Assembly (NCBI GenBank): GCA_963845755.1
Contig: CAWJTV010000020.1
Location: 480,001 to 544,000 of the forward strand
Direction: 5' to 3'
Length of the DNA stretch: 64,000 nt
DNA from: an uncultured Planctomycetota bacterium
GTDB lineage: Bacteria; Planctomycetota; Planctomycetia; Isosphaerales; Isosphaeraceae
The position numbers were made by a program, and so were the translations under genes. The notes beneath the pieces are model-generated. The model made no database searches, was not told the DNA's origin, and worked only from the letters and a program-made list of their open reading frames with translations. Within the stretch, counting starts at the first letter, position 1. The number at the start of each line of letters is the position of its first letter. Below, piece by piece: positions 11,413 to 23,062 of the stretch.

Positions 11413-12885
11413 TCAGAACTTGACCAGGAAGCTAATCCCACCGCTCAACTGGCTGCGATGTGTGTGCTCGCCGTTTACCCCGAAGGCATTTTGGCCTGCG
11501 AAGTCACCGCGGATCTCCGGCCGAATCTCAAGGTATTTGATGGGATGCCAGTTGAGGCCCAGAGTCACCTCTTCATAGTTGGTGTTGATTCCGGTTCGCG
11601 TTCCGTTGACATCGTCGAACCACTCGGCGCGAAAGTTGGTGTCGAGCGTGGGGATCAAGTGGTAGATGCCGATGGTATAAAGGCCATACCACGATCCGGT
11701 GCCGACCGGAGTGTTGGCGTCCCAGCCCATGTTATTCTGGATGATTTGAGTGAACCGTTCGGTCCAGTTCTGCTGGAGTCGCAGTTCCACCATCGTGACG
11801 AAATCGCCCGCCAGATTAGGAGCGGCGAAAATGGCGTTCGGACCGGCATAGACCGAGGCCGTCAACCGTGTCTTCCTGGCGTCCGTCACCCAGTAGTTGA
11901 CCTGACCGATGTAGCAGATCGAGCGGGAGCTTCGCTGAACGAAAAACGTGTTGGCACCCAGGGTCATCCCATTCCAGATGTCCAGCCGATTGGAGACGTG
12001 GAGGTCGGTCAACCAGCCGGTGAAGGCACCGTCCTGCGAGTAGAAAAACTGGTAGTCGCTGGAGTAGAAGGGCCGGTAGGGGGCGAGGAATCCGTTGTAA
12101 CCGATGATCGTGTTCATGCGGCCGATCTTGAAGTCCACCCCGCCCTCGGTGAGGATTGGAAGGTGGGCCGAGAGGTACAGGTCGCGGAAATCCTGGCCGA
12201 AGTGGGGGTTGGGTGAAGAGTCGATGCCGCCCTTAGGCGCGCCCAGGGCCGCGTCGGCACCGGCGAAATACCGCATCATGAAACCGAGATTGAAGACGTC
12301 CTGCTGGAGCGGCTTCTCGATCACCCATCCAATCTGGTTAAGCAAGAACTCGTTGCCGAATCGGTTCTGACGGGTCTCGACCGAGAGGATTCCCGTTCCG
12401 GTCAACGCTCCGGTGTAGCCACCCTCGACCCAGCCGAATGATCGGATGCCGGTGTTGCCGAAGAGGTCTCCCAAACGGAGATAGTCCATCAGGAAGTTTA
12501 CCTGTGAGACAGGCGTCGCACCCAGCCGAAAGTTGGGGGACACCTGGGAGATGTCTTCCTGCATTTCTCCGGGGAGCGATTCCGCCTCCAGGCCGGTGCT
12601 GGGCGTAGTCTGACCTGGACTTGCGGTGATCGGCGGGGGGCCGACAACGCCCGTTACGGGCTGCGAGAGCTCCTCGCCAGGCGGCGGCGTCTCCGGGTCA
12701 GGCTGCGGCATTTCCGATCCCGACTGCGGGACAAACGATCGGGGCGGTGGGATTACCGGTCGCGCGTCGGGGATCTCCTGGGCATCGACGGCAACCGACC
12801 CAATCAGCAGGGCCGCGAGGCCCACGCTGACGAGGAATATGCATCTCGTCACGTCAAACCTCCACAGTATGCGCCACATCAGCAT
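11413..12885 (-). CDS. Outer-membrane beta-barrel protein (BBP2/OmpL-like porin family)
   Basis: Signal peptide, Pro-rich linker, GWVEGGYT, FLLNQ, YLSAHLPILTEGGVDFKIGR, RAEWFDD..GTRTG, IRPEIRGD and a terminal Phe. Confidence 0.8.
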   Translation of the reverse strand: MLMWRILWRFDVTRCIFLVSVGLAALLIGSVAVDAQEIPDARPVIPPPRSFVPQSGSEMPQPDPETPPPGEELSQPVTGVVGPPPITASPGQTTPSTGLEAESLPGEMQEDISQVSPNFRLGATPVSQVNFLMDYLRLGDLFGNTGIRSFGWVEGGYTGALTGTGILSVETRQNRFGNEFLLNQIGWVIEKPLQQDVFNLGFMMRYFAGADAALGAPKGGIDSSPNPHFGQDFRDLYLSAHLPILTEGGVDFKIGRMNTIIGYNGFLAPYRPFYSSDYQFFYSQDGAFTGWLTDLHVSNRLDIWNGMTLGANTFFVQRSSRSICYIGQVNYWVTDARKTRLTASVYAGPNAIFAAPNLAGDFVTMVELRLQQNWTERFTQIIQNNMGWDANTPVGTGSWYGLYTIGIYHLIPTLDTNFRAEWFDDVNGTRTGINTNYEEVTLGLNWHPIKYLEIRPEIRGDFAGQNAFGVNGEHTHRSQLSGGISFLVKF

Positions 12886-13246
12886 GGACGCACGGATTTG
12901 TCTCGCCGGTCAACGCGGGACATCCAGTGTCCCCCACCTATCGGAATGATGTTGGTTGTATCGGTTGCGACGAATCGAGCACTTAAAGATCGCGAGATTT
13001 GATTCTCACGTGGGATGCACAGATGGCTTCGACCTGGAAGGAAAGTCTGGGTCTCCGTCTGGGTTGCGACGACCTGAGGACCGGGGTTAAACACCGCGGT
13101 CGCGGTCCTCGTCCGGGGGGCGATTCACTCCTTCAGGCGGATCCGGTTGGAACAGTGAGCTTCGATCCGATTAATTTCCAGACCGCCTCCGATTTAGGGA
13201 GCCGCTTCTGGGACGCAGTCTGCGTCTCCCGGGATGCCTACCTGCT

Positions 13247-14191
13247 TCAGTGTTGTTCCGTTTGAACCGAGAACCAGTGGCTGGGGTTGAGGTGATAGCC
13301 GCCGGTGAGCCAGGGGCGCTGGCTGTTTCCGGAGGTCCAGACGGCGGCGCAGCTCAGCGCCGTGTCCACGACCGACGGCACGAGATCCGGAGCTGGCCCG
13401 CACCAACGGATCAGCGTATCACCTCGCTCCAGGCGGAGTACGGCTCGTTGGAGCGCAGGATTCTTTTCCGCGGCCAAGTCAGGAACTCCGCCGGAAATGA
13501 ACAGCCCGGCGCTCGCCGCCTCGTCTCCGTCCCCGACGAACCAGCGCGCGGTGGTCCGATCCCAGGGACCCTTCCATTGAAATCGATCGCGATAGACCAG
13601 GACGCCGTCGCGATGGACTTCGAGGTCCTGGAGGACCTGATCGAACTGATAGAACTCCGACTCATCGCCGCGGGAATAACGGCCCGGCAACCACATGTCG
13701 CCCCAGATCAGCCGTGCATCGCCTTCGAGCTCGATCCGGATTCGTTGATGATAGCGACAGCCCCGGAACGGAATCGTGGGGCCCGGCAGGATCACGAGCT
13801 GTGCTCCGGCCTCGACCCGGACGTTCCACTGCTGGGTCGCGAAGGAACCGAGTGCGGGATGGACCCGGTTGGCCGATTGTCCGGTCACCACCGCGGCCGA
13901 ACCCGCCTTGGCCTCGATCTCGACCAGGTGGCCGTCGCCATCCATCAGGCCGGCGGTGGGGAGCAGGAGATAAATCAAGGCGGCCGGTTCGCCCTTGAAA
14001 TTGAAGGCGGGCATGACTCGGAGGGGCACCTGCTGATAAGTGTGACCCAGGATCGTCTGGCCGCCTCGATCGACCAGGGTCAGGCTCACTCCTCCGATCT
14101 GACCGGCGGATCGCTCCGCCAGGTGATACGCCCGATATTCCGGAGGAATCAGGAAGTCTTGCGCTGTGATTCGAGTTGTTCGCGAACCCAT
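13247..14191 (-). CDS. ureD: Urease accessory protein UreD
   Basis: [26 protein letters not shown] and PGPTIPF motifs; last gene of the urease cluster. Confidence 0.85.
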   Translation of the reverse strand: MGSRTTRITAQDFLIPPEYRAYHLAERSAGQIGGVSLTLVDRGGQTILGHTYQQVPLRVMPAFNFKGEPAALIYLLLPTAGLMDGDGHLVEIEAKAGSAAVVTGQSANRVHPALGSFATQQWNVRVEAGAQLVILPGPTIPFRGCRYHQRIRIELEGDARLIWGDMWLPGRYSRGDESEFYQFDQVLQDLEVHRDGVLVYRDRFQWKGPWDRTTARWFVGDGDEAASAGLFISGGVPDLAAEKNPALQRAVLRLERGDTLIRWCGPAPDLVPSVVDTALSCAAVWTSGNSQRPWLTGGYHLNPSHWFSVQTEQH

Positions 14192-14844
14192 CGGATAACG
14201 TTCTCGACGCCATCGCCTCGACGGAGGCTGATGAGGTAATACGGACGGTCCCTTCGCATGGCGAGGCTGTCGCGCTTCATGACGTCGAGGTCCGCCCCGA
14301 CGTGGGGAGCCAGGTCGATCTTGTTGATGACGAGCAAATCGCTGGTGCAGATGCCCGGTCCGCCCTTGCGGGGGATCTTGTCGCCCTCGGCGACGTCGAT
14401 CACGAAGATGAAGACATCGGCCAGCTCGCGCGAGAAGACGGCCGTCAGATTGTCGCCGCCCGACTCGACGATCACCATCTCGAGGTCGGGGAACTGGCGT
14501 TCAAAGTTCCCGATCGCGCTGAGGTTGCTGCTGGCGTCATCGCGGATGGCCGTGTGCGGACAACCGCCGGTCTGGACCCCCACGATTCGCTCCAGGGGAA
14601 GCACCTTGCTGCGCGATAGGAACTCGGCGTCTTCGTGCGTATAGATATCGTTGGTGATGACCGCCAGGTTGACGGAGGGCCAGAGCTCGCGGCAAAGGCG
14701 TTCCACCAGCGCGGTCTTTCCCGAGCCGACCGGCCCGGCGACGCCGAGCGTGAACGTCTTGCGTCGAGAACCGGCGTAGCGGGCCGGACCAGGTCCCCCT
14801 TTGTAATCGTGCTGATGATCGTGATCGCCCTTGTGCGCCGGCAC
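14149..14844 (-). CDS. ureG: Urease accessory GTPase UreG with a short His-rich N-terminus (start uncertain; GTG 14844 chosen)
   Basis: [41 protein letters not shown] and NKIDLAP motifs. Confidence 0.95.
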   Translation of the reverse strand: MPAHKGDHDHQHDYKGGPGPARYAGSRRKTFTLGVAGPVGSGKTALVERLCRELWPSVNLAVITNDIYTHEDAEFLSRSKVLPLERIVGVQTGGCPHTAIRDDASSNLSAIGNFERQFPDLEMVIVESGGDNLTAVFSRELADVFIFVIDVAEGDKIPRKGGPGICTSDLLVINKIDLAPHVGADLDVMKRDSLAMRRDRPYYLISLRRGDGVENVIRWVREQLESQRKTS

Positions 14845-14908
14845 GACCGGAACGAACCGGGGGCGGCGTGAGGTCCGGAAGGGCCCGGGGCCAAGTAGAC
14901 CGTCGCCT

Positions 14909-15595
14909 TCACGACCGGAACAGGCGGGAATAAAGCTGTGTCTGTTCATCGCAGAGTACCTCGTAGAAGGGGGAGCCACTGCCCGCCGTCTCCAGGTCGC
15001 GACCGTCGAAGTCGATGGCGAGCCGTCCTACGTCATCATGGAGATAGGCGAGGATCTGTTGGCCGTGGGTATGGCCTACGGGTAGAGCACGGACCCCCGC
15101 CCCGATGATACCCATGATCGTCTGGTGCAAATAAGACATGAGCGTCTCGAGCGACGAGGCACCGGCGACCGCCCCGAGCAGCCCGAAGGCGATCGCATGG
15201 TTCCACTTCGGCCCTCCATTGTCACGGCCGACCGATCGCTGAAACCGGTCGACGGCCGTCGCGCTCCAGACCCAACTGGATCCGAGTGACAGGAGCTGCT
15301 CGCCCATCTCGTGGCTGGCGGCCCGGATGGAGGGCGGAGCCAGTGACGCGCTTAGGATCTCATCGGCCCGGACGATCGCCGCGAGATCGTTGCCCGTCCA
15401 CGCGCGACAAACCACGCCGACCAGCACACCCTCCAGCGGCCCGATCACGTGGGTGAGCCAGTGACGCGCCCAGTTTTCCAGCGACGGCGCATCGTGCACC
15501 TCTCGACGCGCGACCGCGGCTTCCAATCCCCAGGAGTGAGTATATCCACCGATCGGTAGTGCCGAGTCGCTGAGCTGGAGGAGCCGAAGATTCAT
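14909..15595 (-). CDS. ureF: Urease accessory protein UreF
   Basis: [23 protein letters not shown] at the N-terminus and C-terminal LYSRLFRS. Confidence 0.93.
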   Translation of the reverse strand: MNLRLLQLSDSALPIGGYTHSWGLEAAVARREVHDAPSLENWARHWLTHVIGPLEGVLVGVVCRAWTGNDLAAIVRADEILSASLAPPSIRAASHEMGEQLLSLGSSWVWSATAVDRFQRSVGRDNGGPKWNHAIAFGLLGAVAGASSLETLMSYLHQTIMGIIGAGVRALPVGHTHGQQILAYLHDDVGRLAIDFDGRDLETAGSGSPFYEVLCDEQTQLYSRLFRS

Positions 15596-15609
15596 GATCC
15601 GCACAGTCA

Positions 15610-15669
15610 TTGTAGGGCGGGTGAAACCCGCCAATAAGCCGATACCGGTGGGTCTCACCCACCCGACAA
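15610..15669. repeat. GTAG-type REP doublet (inverted pair) between ureC and ureF
   Basis: TTGTAGGGCGGGTGAAACCCGCC ... GGTGGGTCTCACCCACCCGACAA. The two halves are near reverse complements, and each has an internal hairpin. Confidence 0.7.
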
Positions 15670-15697
15670 CCGTTGAACTCGGCCCTCCCGATCGTTT

Positions 15698-17419
15698 TCA
15701 GAACAAGAAATACCGCTGGGCCATCGGCAGCTCCTTGGCCGGCTCCGAGCCCACCTTCTTGCCGTCGACGAACACCTCGTAAGTATCGGGCTTGACCTTG
15801 ATCTCGGGAGTGGCGTCGTTGCGCCTCATGTCTTTCTTGCTGATATTCCTCGTGTTCTCGACGGCGAAGACCTGCCGTTGGAGGCCGTACCGGTCGACGA
15901 TTCCGTCCTCGATGGACGCCTTCGAGACGAAGGTCATGCACGACTGGGAGAGCGCCCGGCCATAGGCGGCGAACTGCGGGCGCGCGTAGACCGGCTGTGG
16001 CGTCGGGATGCTGGCGTTCGGGTCGCCCATCTGGGCGGAGATCAACATGCCTCCCTTGATGATGAGCTCCGGCTTGACGCCGAAATACGCCGGCTTGTAC
16101 AGCACCAGGTCGGCTATCTTGCCCGGCTCGACGCTCCCGACCAGGTGGCCGATCCCGTGGGTGATCGCCGGGTTGATGGTGTACTTGGCGACATACCGTT
16201 CCACCCGCTTGTTGTCGCTGCGGCTCGAATCCTCCGCGAGCGAACCGAACTGGACCTTCATCTTGTGAGCCGTCTGCCAGCACCTCAGGATGACTTCGCC
16301 GATCCGGCCCATCGCCTGGGAGTCGGAGCTGTACATACTGATGATGCCGCGATCGTGGAAGACGTCCTCGGCGCCGATGGTCTCGGCGCGGATGCGGCTC
16401 TCGGCGAAGGCGACGTCCTCGGGAATATTGCGCGACAGGTGATGGCAAACCATTAGCATGTCGAGGTGCTCGTCGATCGTATTGACTGTGTAGGGCCGGG
16501 TCGGGTTGGTGCTGGAGGGGAGCACGTATGGCAGTCCCGCGACGCTGATGATGTCGGGCGCGTGGCCGCCGCCGGCCCCTTCGGTGTGGAACGTATGGAT
16601 GGCTCGGCCCTTGATCGCCGCCACCGAGTTCTCGAGGAACCCCGCCTCGTTGAGCGAGTCGGTGTGGATTGCGACCTGAACGTCGTACTCATCGGCGACC
16701 TTCAGGCAGGTGTCGATCGCGACCGGGGTCGTCCCCCAGTCCTCGTGAAGTTTCAGCCCGCAAGCGCCGGCTTTGACCTGGTCGGCTAGCAGTCGCGGAA
16801 GACTGCCGTTCCCCTTGCCCAGGATCCCCCAGTTCACCGGCAAGCCTTCGGCCGCCTGGAGCATGCGCATGATATTCCAGGGGCCCGGCGTACAGGTCGT
16901 CGCCCAGGTGCCACTCGCCGAACCGGTGCCACCGCCGATCATGGTGGTGATCCCCGAAGCGACGGCCACGTCAACTTGCTGGGGACAAATCATGTGGATG
17001 TGGGTATCAATCCCACCGGCGGTGCAGATCATACCCTCGCCCGCGATGACCTCGGTCCCCGGCCCGATTACCAGCCGGGGATCGATCAACGGCTGAATCA
17101 ACGGGTTGCCGGCGCTGCCGATCCCGACGATCTTGCCGTCCAGGATCCCGATGTCGCCCTTGACGATCCCCCAGTAGTCGATCACGATCACGTTGGTGAT
17201 GACCAGGTCGAGGTGGGGCGTGCTCATCGGCGCGTGAAACGGGCACTGACCGAGTCCGTCCCGGATCACCTTGCCGCCGCCGAAGACGACTTCTTCGCCG
17301 TAATGGACGTAGTCTTTCTCGATCTCGATGAACAGTTCCGTGTCGGCCAGGCGGATGCGGTCGCCGACGGTCGGCCCATAATGCGCCGCGTACGAGTCGC
17401 GGGAAATCTTGACGCTCAT
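15698..17419 (-). CDS. ureC: Urease alpha subunit
   Basis: [69 protein letters not shown] and [10 protein letters not shown]. Confidence 0.99.
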   Translation of the reverse strand: MSVKISRDSYAAHYGPTVGDRIRLADTELFIEIEKDYVHYGEEVVFGGGKVIRDGLGQCPFHAPMSTPHLDLVITNVIVIDYWGIVKGDIGILDGKIVGIGSAGNPLIQPLIDPRLVIGPGTEVIAGEGMICTAGGIDTHIHMICPQQVDVAVASGITTMIGGGTGSASGTWATTCTPGPWNIMRMLQAAEGLPVNWGILGKGNGSLPRLLADQVKAGACGLKLHEDWGTTPVAIDTCLKVADEYDVQVAIHTDSLNEAGFLENSVAAIKGRAIHTFHTEGAGGGHAPDIISVAGLPYVLPSSTNPTRPYTVNTIDEHLDMLMVCHHLSRNIPEDVAFAESRIRAETIGAEDVFHDRGIISMYSSDSQAMGRIGEVILRCWQTAHKMKVQFGSLAEDSSRSDNKRVERYVAKYTINPAITHGIGHLVGSVEPGKIADLVLYKPAYFGVKPELIIKGGMLISAQMGDPNASIPTPQPVYARPQFAAYGRALSQSCMTFVSKASIEDGIVDRYGLQRQVFAVENTRNISKKDMRRNDATPEIKVKPDTYEVFVDGKKVGSEPAKELPMAQRYFLF

Positions 17420-17470
17420 GATGTGTTCCCCCGTGGTGGTCCGTCGATCGGATGTTACTTGGCGGGATTG

Positions 17471-17833
17471 TTACCGTATTTGCCGGCCGCGAGCCGTTCG
17501 AAGCGCCGCGGCGCGTACGGTCGGGTCGTCGAGCTGGCCATTGATCAGACCGTTCAGGCCGAAGACCCGGCGTTCGCCGTCGAACGGAACCAGCCGCACT
17601 TCCTTGACGTCGCCCGGCTCGAAGCGGATCGCGGTGCCCGAGAGCAGATCCAACCGCATCCCGTAGGCCTTCTCCCGATCGAAGACCAGCCCTGAATTGG
17701 CTTCGAAGAAGTGGTAGTGCGAGCCGACCTGGACCGGCCGGTCGCCGCTGTTGGTGACCTTGAGCGTCACGGTCGGCCGGCCGGGATTGATCTCGATCTC
17801 CGGCTTGTCGAAAACGTATTCCCCTGGGATCAT
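17471..17833 (-). CDS. ureB: Urease beta subunit
   Basis: [23 protein letters not shown] and GTAIRFEPG. Confidence 0.98.
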   Translation of the reverse strand: MIPGEYVFDKPEIEINPGRPTVTLKVTNSGDRPVQVGSHYHFFEANSGLVFDREKAYGMRLDLLSGTAIRFEPGDVKEVRLVPFDGERRVFGLNGLINGQLDDPTVRAAALRTARGRQIR

Positions 17834-17864
17834 GATCTGGCTCCTCTCATGGCGGATCCGGGAC

Positions 17865-18167
17865 TCATTTGATCGGATGGTGAACGGTCACGAGCTTGGT
17901 CCCATCGGGAAACGTCCCCTCCACCTGGACGACTTCGATCGTCTCGGGGACACCCTCCATGACGTCCGCTCTCGTGAGGATGCTACAGCCGAGCGTCATG
18001 ATCTCGGCGACGCTCTTACCGTCCCGGATCATCTCGTGGAGGGCCGCGCTGATCAGCGCCGTCGCCTCGGGCAAGTTCAACTTCAAGCCGCGCGCCTTGC
18101 GGGCCTTGGCCAGCTCGCCGGCCGTGAAGATCAACAGTTTGTCGCGTTCTTGGGGTGTGAGATGCAT
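17865..18167 (-). CDS. ureA: Urease gamma subunit
   Basis: [22 protein letters not shown] and [18 protein letters not shown]. Confidence 0.99.
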   Translation of the reverse strand: MHLTPQERDKLLIFTAGELAKARKARGLKLNLPEATALISAALHEMIRDGKSVAEIMTLGCSILTRADVMEGVPETIEVVQVEGTFPDGTKLVTVHHPIK

Positions 18168-18239
18168 GGTGCGTCCTCCCTCAGGGTCATGGGTGGTCAG
18201 GCCGGCTGGCCCGGTGCAACGTTCCGAACCAAGGAGTCC

Positions 18240-19160
18240 TCATGCGGGCGCGGGCGGAATGTCTTCGGGGGGCGGCGTGTGAGCGGCCGGCGCGAATCGA
18301 TGGAAGTACGGCTCCAGGGCACCGAGGGCCAGCACGATCCAGCAAGCCACGACAAACGGCGCGGTGAGCGTCGGCAAGCCGGTCATGGGAAAGCATTCCG
18401 TGATCGGTGTCGAGAGGATCGCTCCCAGCAGCGCGATCACCAGCGACGGCCTCCACAAATACAAGGCAATCGCCGCCAGCGAAGCATTATATCCATAAAG
18501 ACCCAATGATATCTTGTCCACCGGGGCACCGTGATAGATGGCGACCAAAGTTCCCACCATCGAGCCGACAAAGGCCAGGACCGCATGGCGCGGGTCGCTG
18601 ATCGCCAGGCCGATGAAGATTGCGATCCCACACACGATGCTCGCCTGCAAGAAGACCTCGCTGAGTCCCTCCGAAAACGCACGCACCAGATCGAGCGACT
18701 CCGGCCCGGGAGGATGCTCGACAACGGGCAAGCCCATCGCCTTTCCGATGCCGAACATCACCCACGTCGTCACGATGAACGGCAAGGTATACGTTGAAAA
18801 TGGGAGATATCGCCGCATGACCATCGTTACGGGGGTCGACGCCGCGCAGGCCAGGACCAGGAGGATCACCGTGACGACGCCCGGTTGGAAGAAGAAGAAC
18901 GCGGCGATGCCAACCAGCGTGGAATTGAACCCGTAGATCCCATCGCGGATCTGCGCCGCGTCGTACTTCATCAGCCTGGCGACGACCGGCCCGATCATGG
19001 CGCCGATCAGGGCCCCCAGTCCCATCAGCCAATCCGCCCAGGCGATCCCCAGGAGTATCAGGAGTCCAGTAGCCGCGTGGCCTTGGAACATCACCTGGCC
19101 TACGCCGCGGAGCACGAGCTTCACCCAATCCATGGTGTTCTCGTTCTGAGTTCGGCTCAC
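18240..19160 (-). CDS. Urea transporter (UT/Utp family)
   Basis: Two internal repeats (GVGQVMFQ / GLSEVFLQ; GIYGFN / GLYGYN; TLPF / TAPF), polytopic, first gene of the urease operon. Confidence 0.9.
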   Translation of the reverse strand: MSRTQNENTMDWVKLVLRGVGQVMFQGHAATGLLILLGIAWADWLMGLGALIGAMIGPVVARLMKYDAAQIRDGIYGFNSTLVGIAAFFFFQPGVVTVILLVLACAASTPVTMVMRRYLPFSTYTLPFIVTTWVMFGIGKAMGLPVVEHPPGPESLDLVRAFSEGLSEVFLQASIVCGIAIFIGLAISDPRHAVLAFVGSMVGTLVAIYHGAPVDKISLGLYGYNASLAAIALYLWRPSLVIALLGAILSTPITECFPMTGLPTLTAPFVVACWIVLALGALEPYFHRFAPAAHTPPPEDIPPAPA

Positions 19161-19436
19161 CGTCTCGACCTTTCTATCGACTCGCTGCGATCAAGGTCTG
19201 TAAATCCGTCGCTTCGCAAGTCGGGAGGCATAAAGAATGTAGAATTTACAGGTCCCGCCTCTCGTTCACAAGCTCCTACCGGTGCGATATCGCGCGGAAC
19301 ACCCAGTCCTCGCATCTCGCCGCGACTCCCAATTATTTTCGCTCGACCCCGGATTTTTCCCTTCACCCTCTCGTCTCCTACGGACGATTCAATCTGCACA
19401 GTCCATCGTTTAAAAGTTCGCCGGGGATCCACGTCG

Positions 19437-21207
19437 ATGGGTAGATCCTGTCGTTCGTCATTTCGAATGGCTTCTTCCATCAAGGCAGGCATGATTGCGT
19501 CAGTTCTTGTCCCACTCCTGGTGGCCGGATCGCCGAGCGTTCGCGCCCAGGAGCCCAGTCCCGCCTCGAGTTCCGCGCCCGCGCCAATCACCACTTACGA
19601 GGAACTCTTGCGCAAAATCCGCGCCTTGCGCAAAGAAGTGGCGGAAACCCGCCAGCTCAAGGACCAGGTGAACCAACTCCAGAGGCAGCTATCGACGTTC
19701 CGGCCGGTGAGCCAGCGGACACCTTCGTTGCCGCAGCTCCAGCCTGACGGTCCGAATGGAGGCGCTTTGGGGGTCGAGATGGTTCCCACCCAGCCCGGTG
19801 TCCCGGTCGGGACGATGCCTCCCCTGAATTCCGGTGCGATGGTGGGCGGCGAATCCTCGGCCATGCCCTTGAGCGGCGAGTTGTTACGAACGGAACCCGG
19901 CGCACCGGGGCAAAGCTCGTCGGCATCGACCGGAGACGATTTCCATCTGATGGGACGATATCGCTACAACGCGGGCGCGACCGGTCCTCTGGGCGGCGGC
20001 GGCTATTTCCACTTTGGGAATGACACCGACGAGTTTGTGCTCAACGTCACGAATCAGATCACGATCGACGGCGACGTTTTACGATCGCCAGAACATGCCG
20101 ACGACCTTCCAGGGATTCTTCGTCCCGTTCGCCCGTACTTTCCTCTACGGGAATATTACGAAGAACTGGCTCTACCAGGTCGGCACCCAAGGCTTCGCCG
20201 GGCAGTTCAATCTGCTCGATATGTGGATGGCCTATCGCGTCGGCGACCGAATGACCATCCGTTTCGGCAAGGGCCTGACCCCGCCCCTGTACGAGTATTA
20301 CGGGTTCTCCCCGGCCCTCGAGCCTGTCATTATCAACTCGCCGATCTTTCAACTGGCCGGCCGACGACAGCTCGGAGTCATGGCCACGGGAAATCTCTTC
20401 AATGGCCGTTTGCAGTACTGGTCGGGCATCACCAACGACGGCAACAGCTTCTGGTATGCCTTGAACCGCAACATGCAGTACAACGGAGCTTTCGACCTCA
20501 CCCCCTTCAAGGGGACGGGCAACCCCCTCCTGGAGGGCATGGGCGCAGGTATCGGCGTATCTGCGGGAGACGAGCAATACAAGCTTCAGCAATCGAACAT
20601 CGCGTTTGTAAACGGTGCCGGCGAGCCGAGCACGAATGGGTCATGGATCACCTCGTCCGGAGTTCCGTTCGCGGCCTACAACCCCAACGTCTCTGCCAAC
20701 GGCATGCGGACGCGATGGGCTCCTCACTTCTACTGGTACGGCCGGTTCAGCGTCCTGGCGGAAATGATGAACAGCAGCCGCATCTTAACCGATGGCGCCA
20801 CCGAGGGCCGATCGACCCAGTGGGGTTATTACGTCAACCTCTCATATTATCTGACCGGCGAACGCGACTTCGCCGGCAACGGCTTCCAGGGGTATTCGAC
20901 CGTCACGCCGCTTCGCCCATTCAATCCCGCAAAGGGCGAATGGGGGCCAGGCGCCTGGCAGCTCGCCGCGCAGTTCTCGCAGTTGAACATCGGCCGCGGC
21001 GACTTCGAGCGCGGATTCATCAACCCGACCAACTACACCAACGGCCTCGAGCAGATCATGGTCGGCGTCAACTGCTGGCCCAACAAGTACACGCGCCTCA
21101 GCTTCGATTGGGTCTGGGACCGATTCAATAATCCGATTCCCTTGAACGGTTCGAGCCCGGTTCAAGGCTTTAACATGTTCTGGATGCGATTTGCGATGTT
21201 CTTCTGA
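19437..21207 (+). CDS. Phosphate-selective porin OprO/OprP-like protein with N-terminal coiled coil (frameshift near 20073)
   Basis: Signal peptide and coiled coil, then NLLDMWM, RQLGVMATG, SYYLTGE, GPGAWQLAA and GVNCWPN, ending in Phe. Confidence 0.75.
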
Positions 21208-22882
21208 TGCAGTCGGTGACCTGCACTCATTCCGAGCCGCCGAGTCCGGAGATGCCGTCATTCACAGGGTATTATGGAGAGCGGCCTCCATTCTCGGGAG
21301 CCACGGGCTCGCCGCCTTGTCGCTACTCTGCCTCGGTCTGACCGTCATCCAGGAGACCGTGCTGGCACAGGAGGCCGTTCAGTCGACACAGCAGCCGCGC
21401 CCCTCGAATCGGCAACCCCCCGCTCCTGGCGGAGGTCGCCCCAGTCCGGGGGCGTCCGGGCCTCGACCTGAGGACGTGAATACCCAGGAGAAGGCTGGCG
21501 GCGATCCCCGTCGGACCGGTCCCGCGCCGGTCAGCCCGAACGCACCATCGACATCAGGGGCGACCGCCAGTGCCGGAGCCCCGGCCATGACCGCGGTCGC
21601 GCGGCCTTCCTCGCGCTCGGTTGCGTCTCTGCGACCCAATATGCCGGTCCCGACCACGAGCGCAGCCGTTCAGGAGACGCGCGAGGCGACGCCTCGTGAT
21701 GAAGCGTCACGCATCCTCGCGGATCTCCTGGAGATCCCCGAGACGAGCAGTTTCCGGGCATTCGGCTGGATCGAGAACAGTTTCACCGGCAATCCGGGCG
21801 TTCTCAACGGCGGACTGAACTTCGGCGTCAATCCCAATGATCGGGCCAACCGTTGGATGGGAAACCAGTATTACCTGGTCCTCGGACGGAGAGTCCAGCA
21901 AACCGACGTGGTCAACTTCGGCTTCCGGGTCGACGCACTCTTCGGCAACGACTGGCAGTTCAACCATATGCATGGGCTGTTCGACTCGGCCTTCAGGCTG
22001 AATTCATTCCTCGGCTTCGACCCCGCCCAGTTCTACGCCTCAGTCCACCTGCCGATCCTGACCCCCAAGGGACTCGACGTCCGCGCCGGACGCTGGTACA
22101 CGATCGCCGGTTTCGAGGGAGTTCCGGCGATGTCGCGCCCTTTACTTTCTGTACCCTACATGTTTAATTATGGCCAGCCGTTCACGCACTTCGGCATGTT
22201 GACCACGCTTCATCTCACGGAGCACCTCGATCTCTTCAACGGGACGATCAACGGCTGGGATCGCTGGATCGACGAGAACTACCGGTGGGGCTATATCGGG
22301 AGCCTGAGTTACACCACCGAGGGATCGCGCGACCACTTCGCACTGACCGGCATCTGGGGGCCGAACCAGTTTCCGCGCTTCCTGCCCGCGAACACGCAGC
22401 TCTTCCCCACCGGCTACGTCAACATCCCCAGCCTGGCCGGCCTGCCGAACCCGGGATACGCTCGCAACGATCGCACGCTCCTGACCTGGGTCTACTCGCA
22501 TAACTGGACCGAGAGATTCGTGCAGACGATCGAGACCGATCAGGGCTGGGAGCGCTCGATACCGGGGCTCGCCTCCGGCGGCCTGAACTACGCACCGTTG
22601 TCCGATCAGTGGTATAGCTTCGGAAACTGGTTCATTTACTCACCGACTGAGGAGCTGACGGGGGTCTGGCGGTCCGAGTGGTTCCGCGATGTCCATGGCT
22701 CCCGCACCGGTTACGCGGGGAGTTTCTACGAGCAGACCCTGGGACTAATCATCAAGCCCAAGCCCTGGATCTTGATCCGTCCGGAGATCCGTTTCGACTG
22801 GTCGCAGTTCTGCCATCCCTTCGATAACGGGACGTCCAACCACCAGTTGACCCTGGGAATGGATGTGATCTTCCGGTTCTGA
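21191..22882 (+). CDS. Outer-membrane beta-barrel protein (BBP2 family; start uncertain)
   Basis: FGWIENSFTGN, NQYYL, NFGFRVDALFGND, VHLPILT..GLDVRAGR, RSEWFRD..GSRTG, IRPEIRFD and a terminal Phe. Paralogous to 11413..12885. Confidence 0.8.
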   Translation: MRCSSDAVGDLHSFRAAESGDAVIHRVLWRAASILGSHGLAALSLLCLGLTVIQETVLAQEAVQSTQQPRPSNRQPPAPGGGRPSPGASGPRPEDVNTQEKAGGDPRRTGPAPVSPNAPSTSGATASAGAPAMTAVARPSSRSVASLRPNMPVPTTSAAVQETREATPRDEASRILADLLEIPETSSFRAFGWIENSFTGNPGVLNGGLNFGVNPNDRANRWMGNQYYLVLGRRVQQTDVVNFGFRVDALFGNDWQFNHMHGLFDSAFRLNSFLGFDPAQFYASVHLPILTPKGLDVRAGRWYTIAGFEGVPAMSRPLLSVPYMFNYGQPFTHFGMLTTLHLTEHLDLFNGTINGWDRWIDENYRWGYIGSLSYTTEGSRDHFALTGIWGPNQFPRFLPANTQLFPTGYVNIPSLAGLPNPGYARNDRTLLTWVYSHNWTERFVQTIETDQGWERSIPGLASGGLNYAPLSDQWYSFGNWFIYSPTEELTGVWRSEWFRDVHGSRTGYAGSFYEQTLGLIIKPKPWILIRPEIRFDWSQFCHPFDNGTSNHQLTLGMDVIFRF

Positions 22883-23062
22883 TCGTGCGGACGGATTGTG
22901 ATCCCGTGCGACCTGGTCATACCATTTGACTCGGGAGATCCATCGTGTATATCACACTGATCGTCATCCCTTGAACGACGGGTCGGACCCGCTCCCCTGC
23001 GCGGCCTCCATGGTCCCTCGTCGCTTCGTCTCTCTCGACCTTGGGCCGACAGGGAGGTTGTG

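Noticed and set aside
14472..14912. Frameshifted UreG N-terminus starting at GTG 14912
   Set aside because: Not needed, because an in-frame GTG at 14844 gives a plausible start. It cannot be fully excluded.
19198..19251. CTGTAAAT/ATTTACAG inverted repeat and a sigma54-like GG-N10-GT as nitrogen-control sites
   Set aside because: The arms are short and widely spaced, and the -12 GC is missing; too weak to call.
18885..21131. 748-aa ORF as a single protein
   Set aside because: It overlaps the urea transporter at its 5' end and goes out of frame after ~20073; only the middle part belongs to the porin.
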